Assembly: GCA_964007735.1 (NCBI GenBank)
Contig: CAXGAI010000008.1
Span: 62,001 to 126,000, forward strand
Reading direction: 5' to 3'
Source: an uncultured Rhodopirellula sp.
Lineage (GTDB): Bacteria; Planctomycetota; Planctomycetia; Pirellulales; Pirellulaceae
DNA: 64,000 nt
A program made the position numbers and the translations under genes. Numbering within the stretch: the stretch's first letter is position 1; each line of letters begins with the position of its first letter. This document shows positions 40,966-49,760 of this stretch, in pieces. The notes beneath the pieces were generated by a model that saw only the letters and a list, made by a program, of their open reading frames with translations, did not search any database and was not told the origin of the DNA.

Positions 40966-41925
40966 CTACAGCCCATTAACGATGTTAGGTAGTGGTTCGG
41001 CAGCGATTGCTTTTAGTGCTATTCCCGCAACAGACTCCCGCAAATTCTTAATGGCCTTAGGACTCACGGAAGCAATATGCGACGAAACCATGACATTTGA
41101 CATTCTCCGGATCGGATGATCCTCAGGCAATGGCTCGGTACTAAATACATCCAAGCCTGCAGACATAATGTGGCCGGACTGCAGAGCAGCAACTAACGCA
41201 TCCAGATCCACCAAATCACCGCGTCCGATATTGATCAACATAGCACCTGGCTTCATTGTAGCCAACGACTCTGCATTCACCATATTCTTCGTTGCCTCTA
41301 ACGATGGGCAATGCAGTGTCAATATATCGGCCTGAACAAACACATCCTGTTGTGACACCAGTTCGCATCCAAACTCGGCTGCACGTTCCGAACTCACAAT
41401 CGGATCCGAAGCAATGATCCGACACTTAAACCCTTTAAGTCTTGCAGCTACTTCCTGACCAATACGCCCCAGACCGACAATTCCAACCGTGATATCACTG
41501 AGAGCTACCATGGTTGCAACACCATTAGCCAGGCCCCAATTACCATCCGCAATCAATTGATTGTTGGCTCGAACGTCTCTGGTGGCGGCCAAAATAAACG
41601 CGAGTGTATGGTCTGCAACTTCATTGATGCAGTAATCAGGGATATTACAGACTGGAATACCGCGTTCTGCTGCCGCAGCAAAAGCAACATTGTCGTACCC
41701 TATACCATACCGAACAATGGCTTTCGCATTCCGCATGGCTTGCACAACCACCTCATCCACTTTCGCAAACTGCGTAATCACGACGTCTGCATCAGAACAT
41801 AGGTCTATCAACTCCTGCTGCGTCTGACACTTTGCCCCTACCAATTCATGACCGGCGCCTTCAATAATCTCACGCTCCGGCTCCAATGAATCAAACGTAT
41901 AATCGGTCACAACAACTCTTGCCAT
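40966..41925 (-). CDS. D-isomer-specific 2-hydroxyacid dehydrogenase (CtBP-like)
   Basis: RYGIGYDN; PDYCINEVADH; GLGRIG; INIGRG; AGLDVF..EP; SHIA. Confidence 0.92.
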   Translation of the reverse strand: MARVVVTDYTFDSLEPEREIIEGAGHELVGAKCQTQQELIDLCSDADVVITQFAKVDEVVVQAMRNAKAIVRYGIGYDNVAFAAAAERGIPVCNIPDYCINEVADHTLAFILAATRDVRANNQLIADGNWGLANGVATMVALSDITVGIVGLGRIGQEVAARLKGFKCRIIASDPIVSSERAAEFGCELVSQQDVFVQADILTLHCPSLEATKNMVNAESLATMKPGAMLINIGRGDLVDLDALVAALQSGHIMSAGLDVFSTEPLPEDHPIRRMSNVMVSSHIASVSPKAIKNLRESVAGIALKAIAAEPLPNIVNGL

Positions 41926-42122
41926 CCTGAGAACCTTTTCATTAACACTCGATTAGCGGCCAACTTGTAAATTCTTTTCCCGATTTCTTATTTTAAGGAC
42001 TTCGACTCAACGAATGTTTTTTACACCTCAAATCTATTGAAATAATTAATGTGTGAATCATGAAACGTGTAGGATGATGATGAATTGATCAACACGCCTT
42101 TGCCCCCTAGAGCTAGATCACC

Positions 42123-43757
42123 ATGTCAAAATACTTTGCGGCAATACTTACCATTTCAACCATACTGCTGGCCTCTGGTCGTGAATGTCAGGCTGCCAGT
42201 ACGGATAAACCAAACATCATCTATATCATGGCAGATGACCTGGGCTATGGTGACGCTGCTCCTTTTGGTAACGAGCGTTGTAAAATCCCAACACCGGGAA
42301 TGACTCGGCTCGCAGCCGAGGGCATGCGTTTCACGGATGCGCATTCCATCGCCAGCGTCTGCGTTCCCAGTCGACTCGCAATTATGACTGGCCGTTATCC
42401 TTGGCGCATCAACGGAATCGGCAAAAGCGGGCCATGGGGTTACATCGCTCCTCAATTCAAACCAGGTAGTCACACGCTTGCCCACCTATTAAATGATCAA
42501 GGTTACAAAACTGGCTACATCGGTAAATGGCACTTAGGATTGTCGATGGTCACCACGGATGATCAGGTTCAGAAAATCGGTAACATTGATTACTCAAAGC
42601 CGGTTACCGCCGGCCCTAACGATCATGGATTTGACTACAGTTTTATTCTTCCTGGTTCTCTCGACATGTTCCCCTATGTCTACCTGAAAAATCAAAGGTT
42701 TCTCGGTAAGGTGAATAAGATGCGAGGGTGGAGTGCATTCAATCGTGTTGGCCCCACTGAGGAAAATTTCGAAGATTATGAAGTACTGCAAACTTTCCGT
42801 GAAGAAGTAAATCAGTTTATAGCCCGAAACGCCAAAGGTTCGAGGAACGGAACTCCGTTCTTCCTTTATTTTGCCCTAACAGCACCTCACACTCCCACAA
42901 GCCCTCATCCTGACTTTCAGGGCAAAACCGATCTGGGTGTCTACGGGGACTTCGTTCATGAGACAGATTACTGTTTGGTTTCAACCATGGAAGCCTTGCA
43001 AAAGCACGGTATTGATGACAATACCATCGTCATTTTCACCTCTGACCACGGGCCAGCACCTTATGCCGGAAATATTCTGGAAGCCACATACAACAATATC
43101 AAAGGTCTGGAGAAACAAGGCCACTATCCTTCAGGTCCGCTGCGGGGTTACAAATTCTCTGTCTACGAAGGAGGAATGCGAATTCCATTCCTTATTAAAT
43201 GGCCCAACCATATCAAACCGGGTTCAACTTGCGACCGCCTGATTGGCCTCAATGACCTCTTGGCAACTATCGCTGAAATCACCGGTAGTGAACTCTCTAA
43301 AAACCAGGGTGTTGACTCGATTAGTTATCTTCCATTACTAAGAGATCCGAATGCAAAGGCTCCTCGGCAGAACCTACAGATGCAAGGGACGCATGGTTGG
43401 GCATACCGAATGGGCGATTGGAAATTATGTCTCTGCCCAGGAAGTGGTGCCCTGGGAGTTTATGGAAATGTTCCTAAACCTGTTGACGCCTGGCCTGCTG
43501 CCGTGAAAAAATTTGGTAACAATCCGACCCGGGAACAGCTAATAGAAGCCCCCTTTGTTCAACTATTCAATCTGAAAGAAGATCTGGGTGAAATGGAGGA
43601 TGTTTCAAAACAGAATCCGAACGTTGTCAAACAAATGTACGAGTTGATGCGGCAACAATTTGCAAATGGAAGAAGCACTCCCGGTCCAAAACAAACTAAT
43701 GACCGCAATACCCTCAATTACTGGTCTCGCATCCCCTCCGGAATTCTCACCAATTAA
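42123..43757 (+). CDS. Arylsulfatase A-like sulfatase
   Basis: PNIIYIMADDLG; CVPSR; GKWHLG; TSDHG; YEGGMRIP. Confidence 0.93.
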   Translation: MSKYFAAILTISTILLASGRECQAASTDKPNIIYIMADDLGYGDAAPFGNERCKIPTPGMTRLAAEGMRFTDAHSIASVCVPSRLAIMTGRYPWRINGIGKSGPWGYIAPQFKPGSHTLAHLLNDQGYKTGYIGKWHLGLSMVTTDDQVQKIGNIDYSKPVTAGPNDHGFDYSFILPGSLDMFPYVYLKNQRFLGKVNKMRGWSAFNRVGPTEENFEDYEVLQTFREEVNQFIARNAKGSRNGTPFFLYFALTAPHTPTSPHPDFQGKTDLGVYGDFVHETDYCLVSTMEALQKHGIDDNTIVIFTSDHGPAPYAGNILEATYNNIKGLEKQGHYPSGPLRGYKFSVYEGGMRIPFLIKWPNHIKPGSTCDRLIGLNDLLATIAEITGSELSKNQGVDSISYLPLLRDPNAKAPRQNLQMQGTHGWAYRMGDWKLCLCPGSGALGVYGNVPKPVDAWPAAVKKFGNNPTREQLIEAPFVQLFNLKEDLGEMEDVSKQNPNVVKQMYELMRQQFANGRSTPGPKQTNDRNTLNYWSRIPSGILTN

Positions 43758-43771
43758 AAACTGAAACGATC

Positions 43772-46258
43772 ATGCTTTACATTAAATCACTTCCTGTCGT
43801 CACACTACTAAGTCTGTGTCTCCAGCTAAACGGATCCGAAGTGGAACAACTGACACCGGAAAACTGGGACAAGTACGTACCAGCCGGAAAAGAAGTCGAT
43901 GCCATTTATGGCGACTATGTATTACAAAATGACATCTTCACCGCGATTATCGCACAACCAACCCCGACTCGTAACGCCAATCTGACCATCCGCGAAGTCG
44001 GCGGTTGTGTACTCGACCTAACCAGACATGACTCAAACAATGATCAATTAGGATGCTACTACCCAACGGGCCAGCAATTTTCATTTACCAATCCTAAACA
44101 AGTTGATATCGTTCTGGCAGAAGAGGGCTTGCCTGCCCAAGCCGAGCTCCATATCACAAGTCAGAAAGAAAGTAATGGAACATTCGCTCGAGTTTTCTAC
44201 TCAATCAGGAATGGTGATCCAACCCTAAAAGTTATTACTCAGTTCCATAACGACTCTGAAAAGCCCGTCAAACTTAATCTACAGGACTCCATTCGGGCTG
44301 ATAGTCCATTCGTCTTAGGCTCGGATGCTAATATGTTTTGGGCAAACGATCAGTGGTTTAAGCAAGCCTATGGAATTTGGAGCGTCGAGCATCAGGTTCA
44401 ACGAACAGGCAGTGGTGGCCGAATTGTGCGGTTCCTACAAAATGACCAAACGTCCGTTGAAATTCAGCCCATGCAGCACAGTAACTTTCAAAGGAATCTG
44501 ATTCCTACAGGGAGCCTACTGGAGTTAAAAACCATCTTTAACGATCTCAATGAAGTAGGTCAACACACTATCCAAATAACTATCACGGATGCCGATGGTC
44601 CAATCAGCCATGCCTATGTTAACATTCGACAGGGTGACAACACGGTTGGCGATATACGCACTGATCACGATGGTAACTGCAAATTTTCACTGCCCGTCGG
44701 TGAATACACTTTGGGTTGTCATGCGGCTGGGAGACCTCCTCGGACACTTTCACTGTCAGTTAAAGAACCAATCCAACAAGTCATCACTCTGAAGCAGGCA
44801 GGCTATCTCTCAGCTCGAATTACGGATGGAAATGGCCGCCCCATTTATGCCAAGCTTTCGTTTCTGGGATTAAAAGAGACTGCGACACCGGAATTTGCCC
44901 CCAAACAGAATGCCATTTTTGCTGAAAATCTGATCTATGCGAACCATGGAAAAGTACATCATCCACTTCTCCCGGGCAGTTATAGAGTCATCATCAGTCA
45001 TGGCCCTGAATTTAATGCTGATATACAAACGATCGTCATACAAGAAGGTGAAACGACAATCCTCAAATCTTCACTCGATCATGTCGTCGACACTCGTGGC
45101 TGGATTAGCGCAGACTTCCATACTCATAGCTCGCCGTCCGGTGACAATACGACGGATCAATATGGACGCGTCGTAACGCTACTAGCGGAAAACATTGAGT
45201 ACTCACCTGCTACAGAACATCAGCGTATCGATTCGTTCACACCAATCCTGAAACAACTACGTGCCGAACACCTGATGGGAACAGTAACCGGGATGGAACT
45301 TACCGGCCGCGTACTACCAGTCAACCACCAGAATGCCTTTCCACTGATTCACGTTCCGCGAACTCAAGATGGTGGTGGGCCGGTCATTGACGATAACCCG
45401 GTTACCCAAATCAAGCGTCTCAAAGGCTGGAATAACAACAGTGACAAAATCGTCCAGGAAGACCATCCGGCTTTAATGCAGATTTGGCGTGATAAGGATA
45501 CTGACAACAAGGCAGACGGCGGTTTCCGGGACATGCTTGCCTATATGGACTCGATGGAAGTTCATCCTCCACAATCCATTTTCCGAATCCCGGAAGAATC
45601 GACACCTTCGAGTTCTCGTGATCCAGTCATGTTTTATTGGATGCAGTTAATCAATAAAGGATACCGCATTACAGGTGTCGTGAACTCCGACTGTCACTAC
45701 AACAATCACGACGCCGGCTATTTAAGAAACTATGTCCTTTCCCCAACGGATAATCCGGGGCGTATCAAGACAGAGAATATTGTATCTGCATGTCGACGGG
45801 GAAATATTGTCATGTCCAATGGCCCATTTTTAGACGTCAGTGTTTCTACCGACAAAAAGTCTCAGGCCGTTCCCGGTGACGATCTCATCGCAACTTCCGG
45901 TAAAGTCAAGATATCTATTCGTGTGCAATGTCCAAACTGGTTCGATATTAATCGGGTGCAGGTCTTCCTTAATGGCCGAATGGCTAAAAACTTAAACTTT
46001 ACGCGACGCTCCCAGCCAGAAATGTTCCCTGCCACGTCTGTCACACGTTTTAATGAAATCATTGAACTTGAATTAAAGGAAGATACCCATGTTATCGTGG
46101 CTACTATCGGCGAAGATTTAAAGATCGGACCTGTGCAGGGTGAACGACGGGGAGCCGATGAACCGACTGCCGTCGCAAATCCGGTCTTCATAGATATTGA
46201 TGGAAACGGATTCCAATTCAACAACGACAATCTAGGTATCGATCTCGACGCGGAATAA
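43772..46258 (+). CDS. CehA/McbA-family PHP-domain metallohydrolase, secreted, with Ig/carboxypeptidase-regulatory-like domains
   Basis: WISADFHTHS; ATEHQ; GMELT; HQNAFP; NSDCH; SNGPFL; NPVFID. Confidence 0.8.
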   Translation: MLYIKSLPVVTLLSLCLQLNGSEVEQLTPENWDKYVPAGKEVDAIYGDYVLQNDIFTAIIAQPTPTRNANLTIREVGGCVLDLTRHDSNNDQLGCYYPTGQQFSFTNPKQVDIVLAEEGLPAQAELHITSQKESNGTFARVFYSIRNGDPTLKVITQFHNDSEKPVKLNLQDSIRADSPFVLGSDANMFWANDQWFKQAYGIWSVEHQVQRTGSGGRIVRFLQNDQTSVEIQPMQHSNFQRNLIPTGSLLELKTIFNDLNEVGQHTIQITITDADGPISHAYVNIRQGDNTVGDIRTDHDGNCKFSLPVGEYTLGCHAAGRPPRTLSLSVKEPIQQVITLKQAGYLSARITDGNGRPIYAKLSFLGLKETATPEFAPKQNAIFAENLIYANHGKVHHPLLPGSYRVIISHGPEFNADIQTIVIQEGETTILKSSLDHVVDTRGWISADFHTHSSPSGDNTTDQYGRVVTLLAENIEYSPATEHQRIDSFTPILKQLRAEHLMGTVTGMELTGRVLPVNHQNAFPLIHVPRTQDGGGPVIDDNPVTQIKRLKGWNNNSDKIVQEDHPALMQIWRDKDTDNKADGGFRDMLAYMDSMEVHPPQSIFRIPEESTPSSSRDPVMFYWMQLINKGYRITGVVNSDCHYNNHDAGYLRNYVLSPTDNPGRIKTENIVSACRRGNIVMSNGPFLDVSVSTDKKSQAVPGDDLIATSGKVKISIRVQCPNWFDINRVQVFLNGRMAKNLNFTRRSQPEMFPATSVTRFNEIIELELKEDTHVIVATIGEDLKIGPVQGERRGADEPTAVANPVFIDIDGNGFQFNNDNLGIDLDAE

Positions 46259-46273
46259 AAACAGGCAAAAACT

Positions 46274-47083
46274 ATGGATCTAGGATTAAGCGGCAAAGTT
46301 GCTTTGGTGACAGGCGGCTCAAAAGGTATTGGCGAAGCTATCACTCGTACGCTGCTGGCAGAGGGTGCTCACGTCGCCAATGTAAACCGCTCTTCGTCGG
46401 AAGGTGAAGCGTTGGAAACTGAGTATGCCGTGAAAGGCCAGCGCTGTAAATTTATTCAGGGTGACCTGACTGAGATGGCGGCTTGCGAGCAGGCAGTCAA
46501 AAGCACTCTGGCAGAGTTTGGGAAAATCGACATCCTGATCAATAATGCCGGCGTGAATGATGGGGTCTCGTTAACGGATGGCCCGCAAGCATTTCTGAGC
46601 TCACTACAAAACAATTTAATCCATTACTACGCGATGGTTCATTATGCTCTTGAGGCGTTGAAAGAATCGCAAGGTGCCATCATCAACATTAGCAGCAAAG
46701 TTGCCACCACAGGGCAGGGAGGTACGAGTGGATATGCAGCCTCTAAGGGGGGTATTAACGGGATGACCCGTGAATGGGCATTAGATTTAGCTGCCGACAA
46801 TATTCGAGTGAATACGGTTGTCCCTGCTGAAACCTGGACACCTTTGTACGCTGAATTGATTGAACAATCGGCTGATCCGACCGCAGCACGAAAGCAAATC
46901 GAAGAGATCATCCCTCTGGGAAAACGGTTTACAAGCTCACAGGAAATCGCGGATATGGTGGTTTTCCTGGCCTCACAACGTTCACTACATACCACGGGAC
47001 AAATTCACTATGTGGACGGTGGATATACACATTTAGATCGAAAATACACATCCCGATCAAATAACGTCGACCTCTCCAGATAG
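46274..47083 (+). CDS. SDR oxidoreductase, L-fucose dehydrogenase-like
   Basis: TGGSKGIG; NNAGVNDG; LIHYY; SKVATTGQGGTSGYAASKG; TREWA; PAETWTPLY. This pattern is recalled for the L-fucose dehydrogenase SDR subgroup. Confidence 0.8.
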   Translation: MDLGLSGKVALVTGGSKGIGEAITRTLLAEGAHVANVNRSSSEGEALETEYAVKGQRCKFIQGDLTEMAACEQAVKSTLAEFGKIDILINNAGVNDGVSLTDGPQAFLSSLQNNLIHYYAMVHYALEALKESQGAIINISSKVATTGQGGTSGYAASKGGINGMTREWALDLAADNIRVNTVVPAETWTPLYAELIEQSADPTAARKQIEEIIPLGKRFTSSQEIADMVVFLASQRSLHTTGQIHYVDGGYTHLDRKYTSRSNNVDLSR

Positions 47084-47189
47084 TCGTTCCCTTTAGAATC
47101 CAATTGAGTTTTTATCTCCCCTAATTAGGCTGAATGCTATATTTCAGATAGTTGACACTCCTCAGGATTCACCCTTTACGGTACTCATC

Positions 47190-49610
47190 TTGTTCCTATC
47201 AAGACTAATTGCAACATTCTCTGTGGGCCTCATGGGCGTCGCTTTGGTTGGCTGTGATTCCAAACAGGAATCAACCACCAACCCGACGGTCGATGGCACT
47301 GGGTCGGCCCAGGCTCTGCAAACGACTGAGAATGATCAAACACTGGCAATCTCTGAAGAAGATGCAAAATACCTACAGGATGTTGAACACTTCGGCGGCT
47401 TCGTATTGGGTGACCTGGCATTTCCCAAGATTAATAATTCCATCAAACAGCAGGATTGGGAAACCTTCGAGAGTTTCTTTGCTCCCGATTTTGAAGGGGA
47501 GATGTTTGTTTGGGAAAAGGCAACATCCCATCATTTTGATTTTGCTAATTTCCAAACGTGGACTTCCAAATCGTCCCGGACACCATCATTAAACCGAACT
47601 GAATTTGTAAATGAGGTCAAAGAATTACGGGAACGTTTTACGGAACTGGAACGCTCCGGATTCAAAGTGATGCAAATGAAGCCGGAGCATCATGGCGAAT
47701 TCGACAGACCGTGGAATGGCAGTTTTAAAATTTCAATGGCCGGTAAGAACCCGGATGGCAACATCGCCTTTCTCTCGCTGAAATTCTCGTGCCGCATCAC
47801 AGCTATCTCGGAAGAAACTCCCGATGCCAAAGAATACATCCTCGGCTGTGTTCCGTATGAAGGGAAATATGGCGCGGCTGAGAAATTCCTGATGGAAGAT
47901 ATCACCAACAGCACTGGCATCACCAATCTGGGGCTACGTGATAATTGGAAGCATGATTACGGCGAAGGACAAACTCGTCCCTTTGTCACCGGCGGTATCT
48001 TTGCGAATGATTTTAATCAGGACGGAAATACAGACTTCCTGATAACCGACCTGGATGGCCTATTCTTTTATGTTGGTGATGGCAACGGGAAATTCAAAGA
48101 ACAATCCATCCAACTCGGGTTACAACGATTCATCAAAGAGCCAGTGGCTGTGGTTGCTGACTTTAATAACGACACCTATGAAGACCTGATTATTGGTCAG
48201 TCAATGTACGTTAATGAAGCCGGCAAAACTTTCCGCAAACTGACCCCGGAGGAGTTTGACGTTTCACTCGCTAAACGCCTCGGAAGTATCGCTGTCGTCG
48301 ATTTCGATAAAGACGGAATGATTGACTTTATGGAAGTTGGAGTGATTGTAAAAGAAGGTGCTCACGGTTGGGTTAACGCGACCGAAGAAACTGAACGGGC
48401 AACTGAAAATCGTCTCTGGAGAAACCTTGGCAATTTCAAATTCGAAGATGTTACCGAACAATCCAACACTATTGGTCTGGGGACGGGAGCGTTTTCTGCG
48501 GTTTGGTTTGATGCCAATGGTGACCAATGGCCCGATTTTATGTCTGCTTGTGAATTTGGTCGGAATGATTACTTCCTCAACCAAGGTGATGGCACATTTA
48601 CTTTGGCGGACCTTCCTGGAACCCATGGAGGTTTTTCCATGGGAATCACGGTCGCCGATATCGATAATGATGGATTCGGTGATCCTTATCTGGCCAACAT
48701 GTATTCCAAAGCAGGCGAACGAATCGTAGGAAATATCCGAGCCGATCTTTACGAAAATTATGCCCATGACGTGGCAAAACAGTTGGAAGAATTCGTTTCC
48801 GGCAATGAGTTATATCACAATAACGGCGATGGCACATTCAAACGAATCGGGCGCGAAGTCGGAGTAAATGATGTCGGTTGGGCTTACGGAACAGGAGCGG
48901 TCGACCTGAATGGCGATGGTTATCAGGAAATCTATGCTCCGGTTGGATTTCAAAGCGTTACCGAAGATAAGCCGGATGGCTGACGTTGTGTTTGGTTGGC
49001 TGTCGTGTCACAGCCATTTAGCTGTACTACTTCAGTACCTGAACTTCGCGATGTGGATGAAGATAATGGCGAGTTCTGGGTGGGCAACCCGTTTATGTTC
49101 TCCAATGTGAAAGAAAACCTGAGTGCTTACGAACGCAATGGATGTTTCCTCAACGACCAAAACGGTTCTTTTCTAGATATATCTTATCTCTCTGGCAGTG
49201 ATAACCGCGGAGATTCACGAACGATCGTCAGTGCTGATATCAACAACGACGGGATGCCGGAGCTATTTGTGCGGCAAGTGGGTGGCGGAGCGATTGTTGT
49301 TTACCAAAACAACTTTCCCAAAACAAACTGGCTTACCATCTCGCTGCGAGGTGAGCAAAGCAACACTGCCGGAATCGGAGCTAAAATCATAGTCACCGCC
49401 GGGGATCTCACGGTAAAACGTGAACTCTACCCGGTCGTTAACTTCCTTTCTCAAGCACCGGCCCATGTGCATGTTGGTCTACAAAATCATGCCAAAATAG
49501 ATTCCGTAAAAATCCTCTGGCCTTCAGGGGAAGAAACAACATTGACGGACATCCACTCCAATCAACATCTGCGGGTTTTTGAAGTTGACGGGCATACGGA
49601 AGCCCTCTAA
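47190..49610 (+). CDS. CRTAC1-like FG-GAP/ASPIC-UnbV lipoprotein, putative selenoprotein (806 aa if TGA 48981-48983 is read as Sec)
   Basis: Lipobox LVGC; six FG-GAP repeats before the TGA; a seventh (DINNDGMPELFV) and the ASPIC/UnbV domain (GIGAKI...HVGL...ILWPSG) after it in the same frame; SECIS-like hairpin downstream. Confidence 0.8.
48984..49022 (+). promoter_or_regulatory. Putative bacterial SECIS element
   Basis: Stem TGGCTGT (48997-49003) pairs with ACAGCCA (49010-49016). The loop CGTGTC has G at position 2 followed by U, and begins 20 nt after the UGA. G-U pairs extend the lower stem. Confidence 0.7.
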
Positions 49611-49760
49611 TCTCCTATTTTCCTGATCAAATCCAAGTTCCACTCGAGCTAATTCGTCCGCTATAATAGAGGGACTGCACTGGGTAGCGTGTCTTCATCT
49701 ACATGCGAAGTGCGTTTTCGAAAATTGAAATTTCATTGCTTTCGTAACTGGTGATTTACA

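Noticed and set aside
48981..48983. Genome-wide UGA reassignment (Trp or Gly) as the explanation for read-through
   Set aside because: Other genes end at TGA at plausible C-termini (23151-24374 and 38662-39714), Trp is encoded by TGG, and no other gene in the window appears interrupted by TGA.
48996..49610. Independent 204-aa ASPIC/UnbV gene starting at TTG 48996
   Set aside because: It has no clear RBS or signal peptide, it is in frame with the upstream ORF, and it carries the seventh FG-GAP repeat. It is better explained as the C-terminal part of 47190-49610.
49670..49720. Possible structured leader or riboswitch upstream of the PSD1 gene
   Set aside because: Only short imperfect pairings are present, with no recognisable riboswitch consensus.
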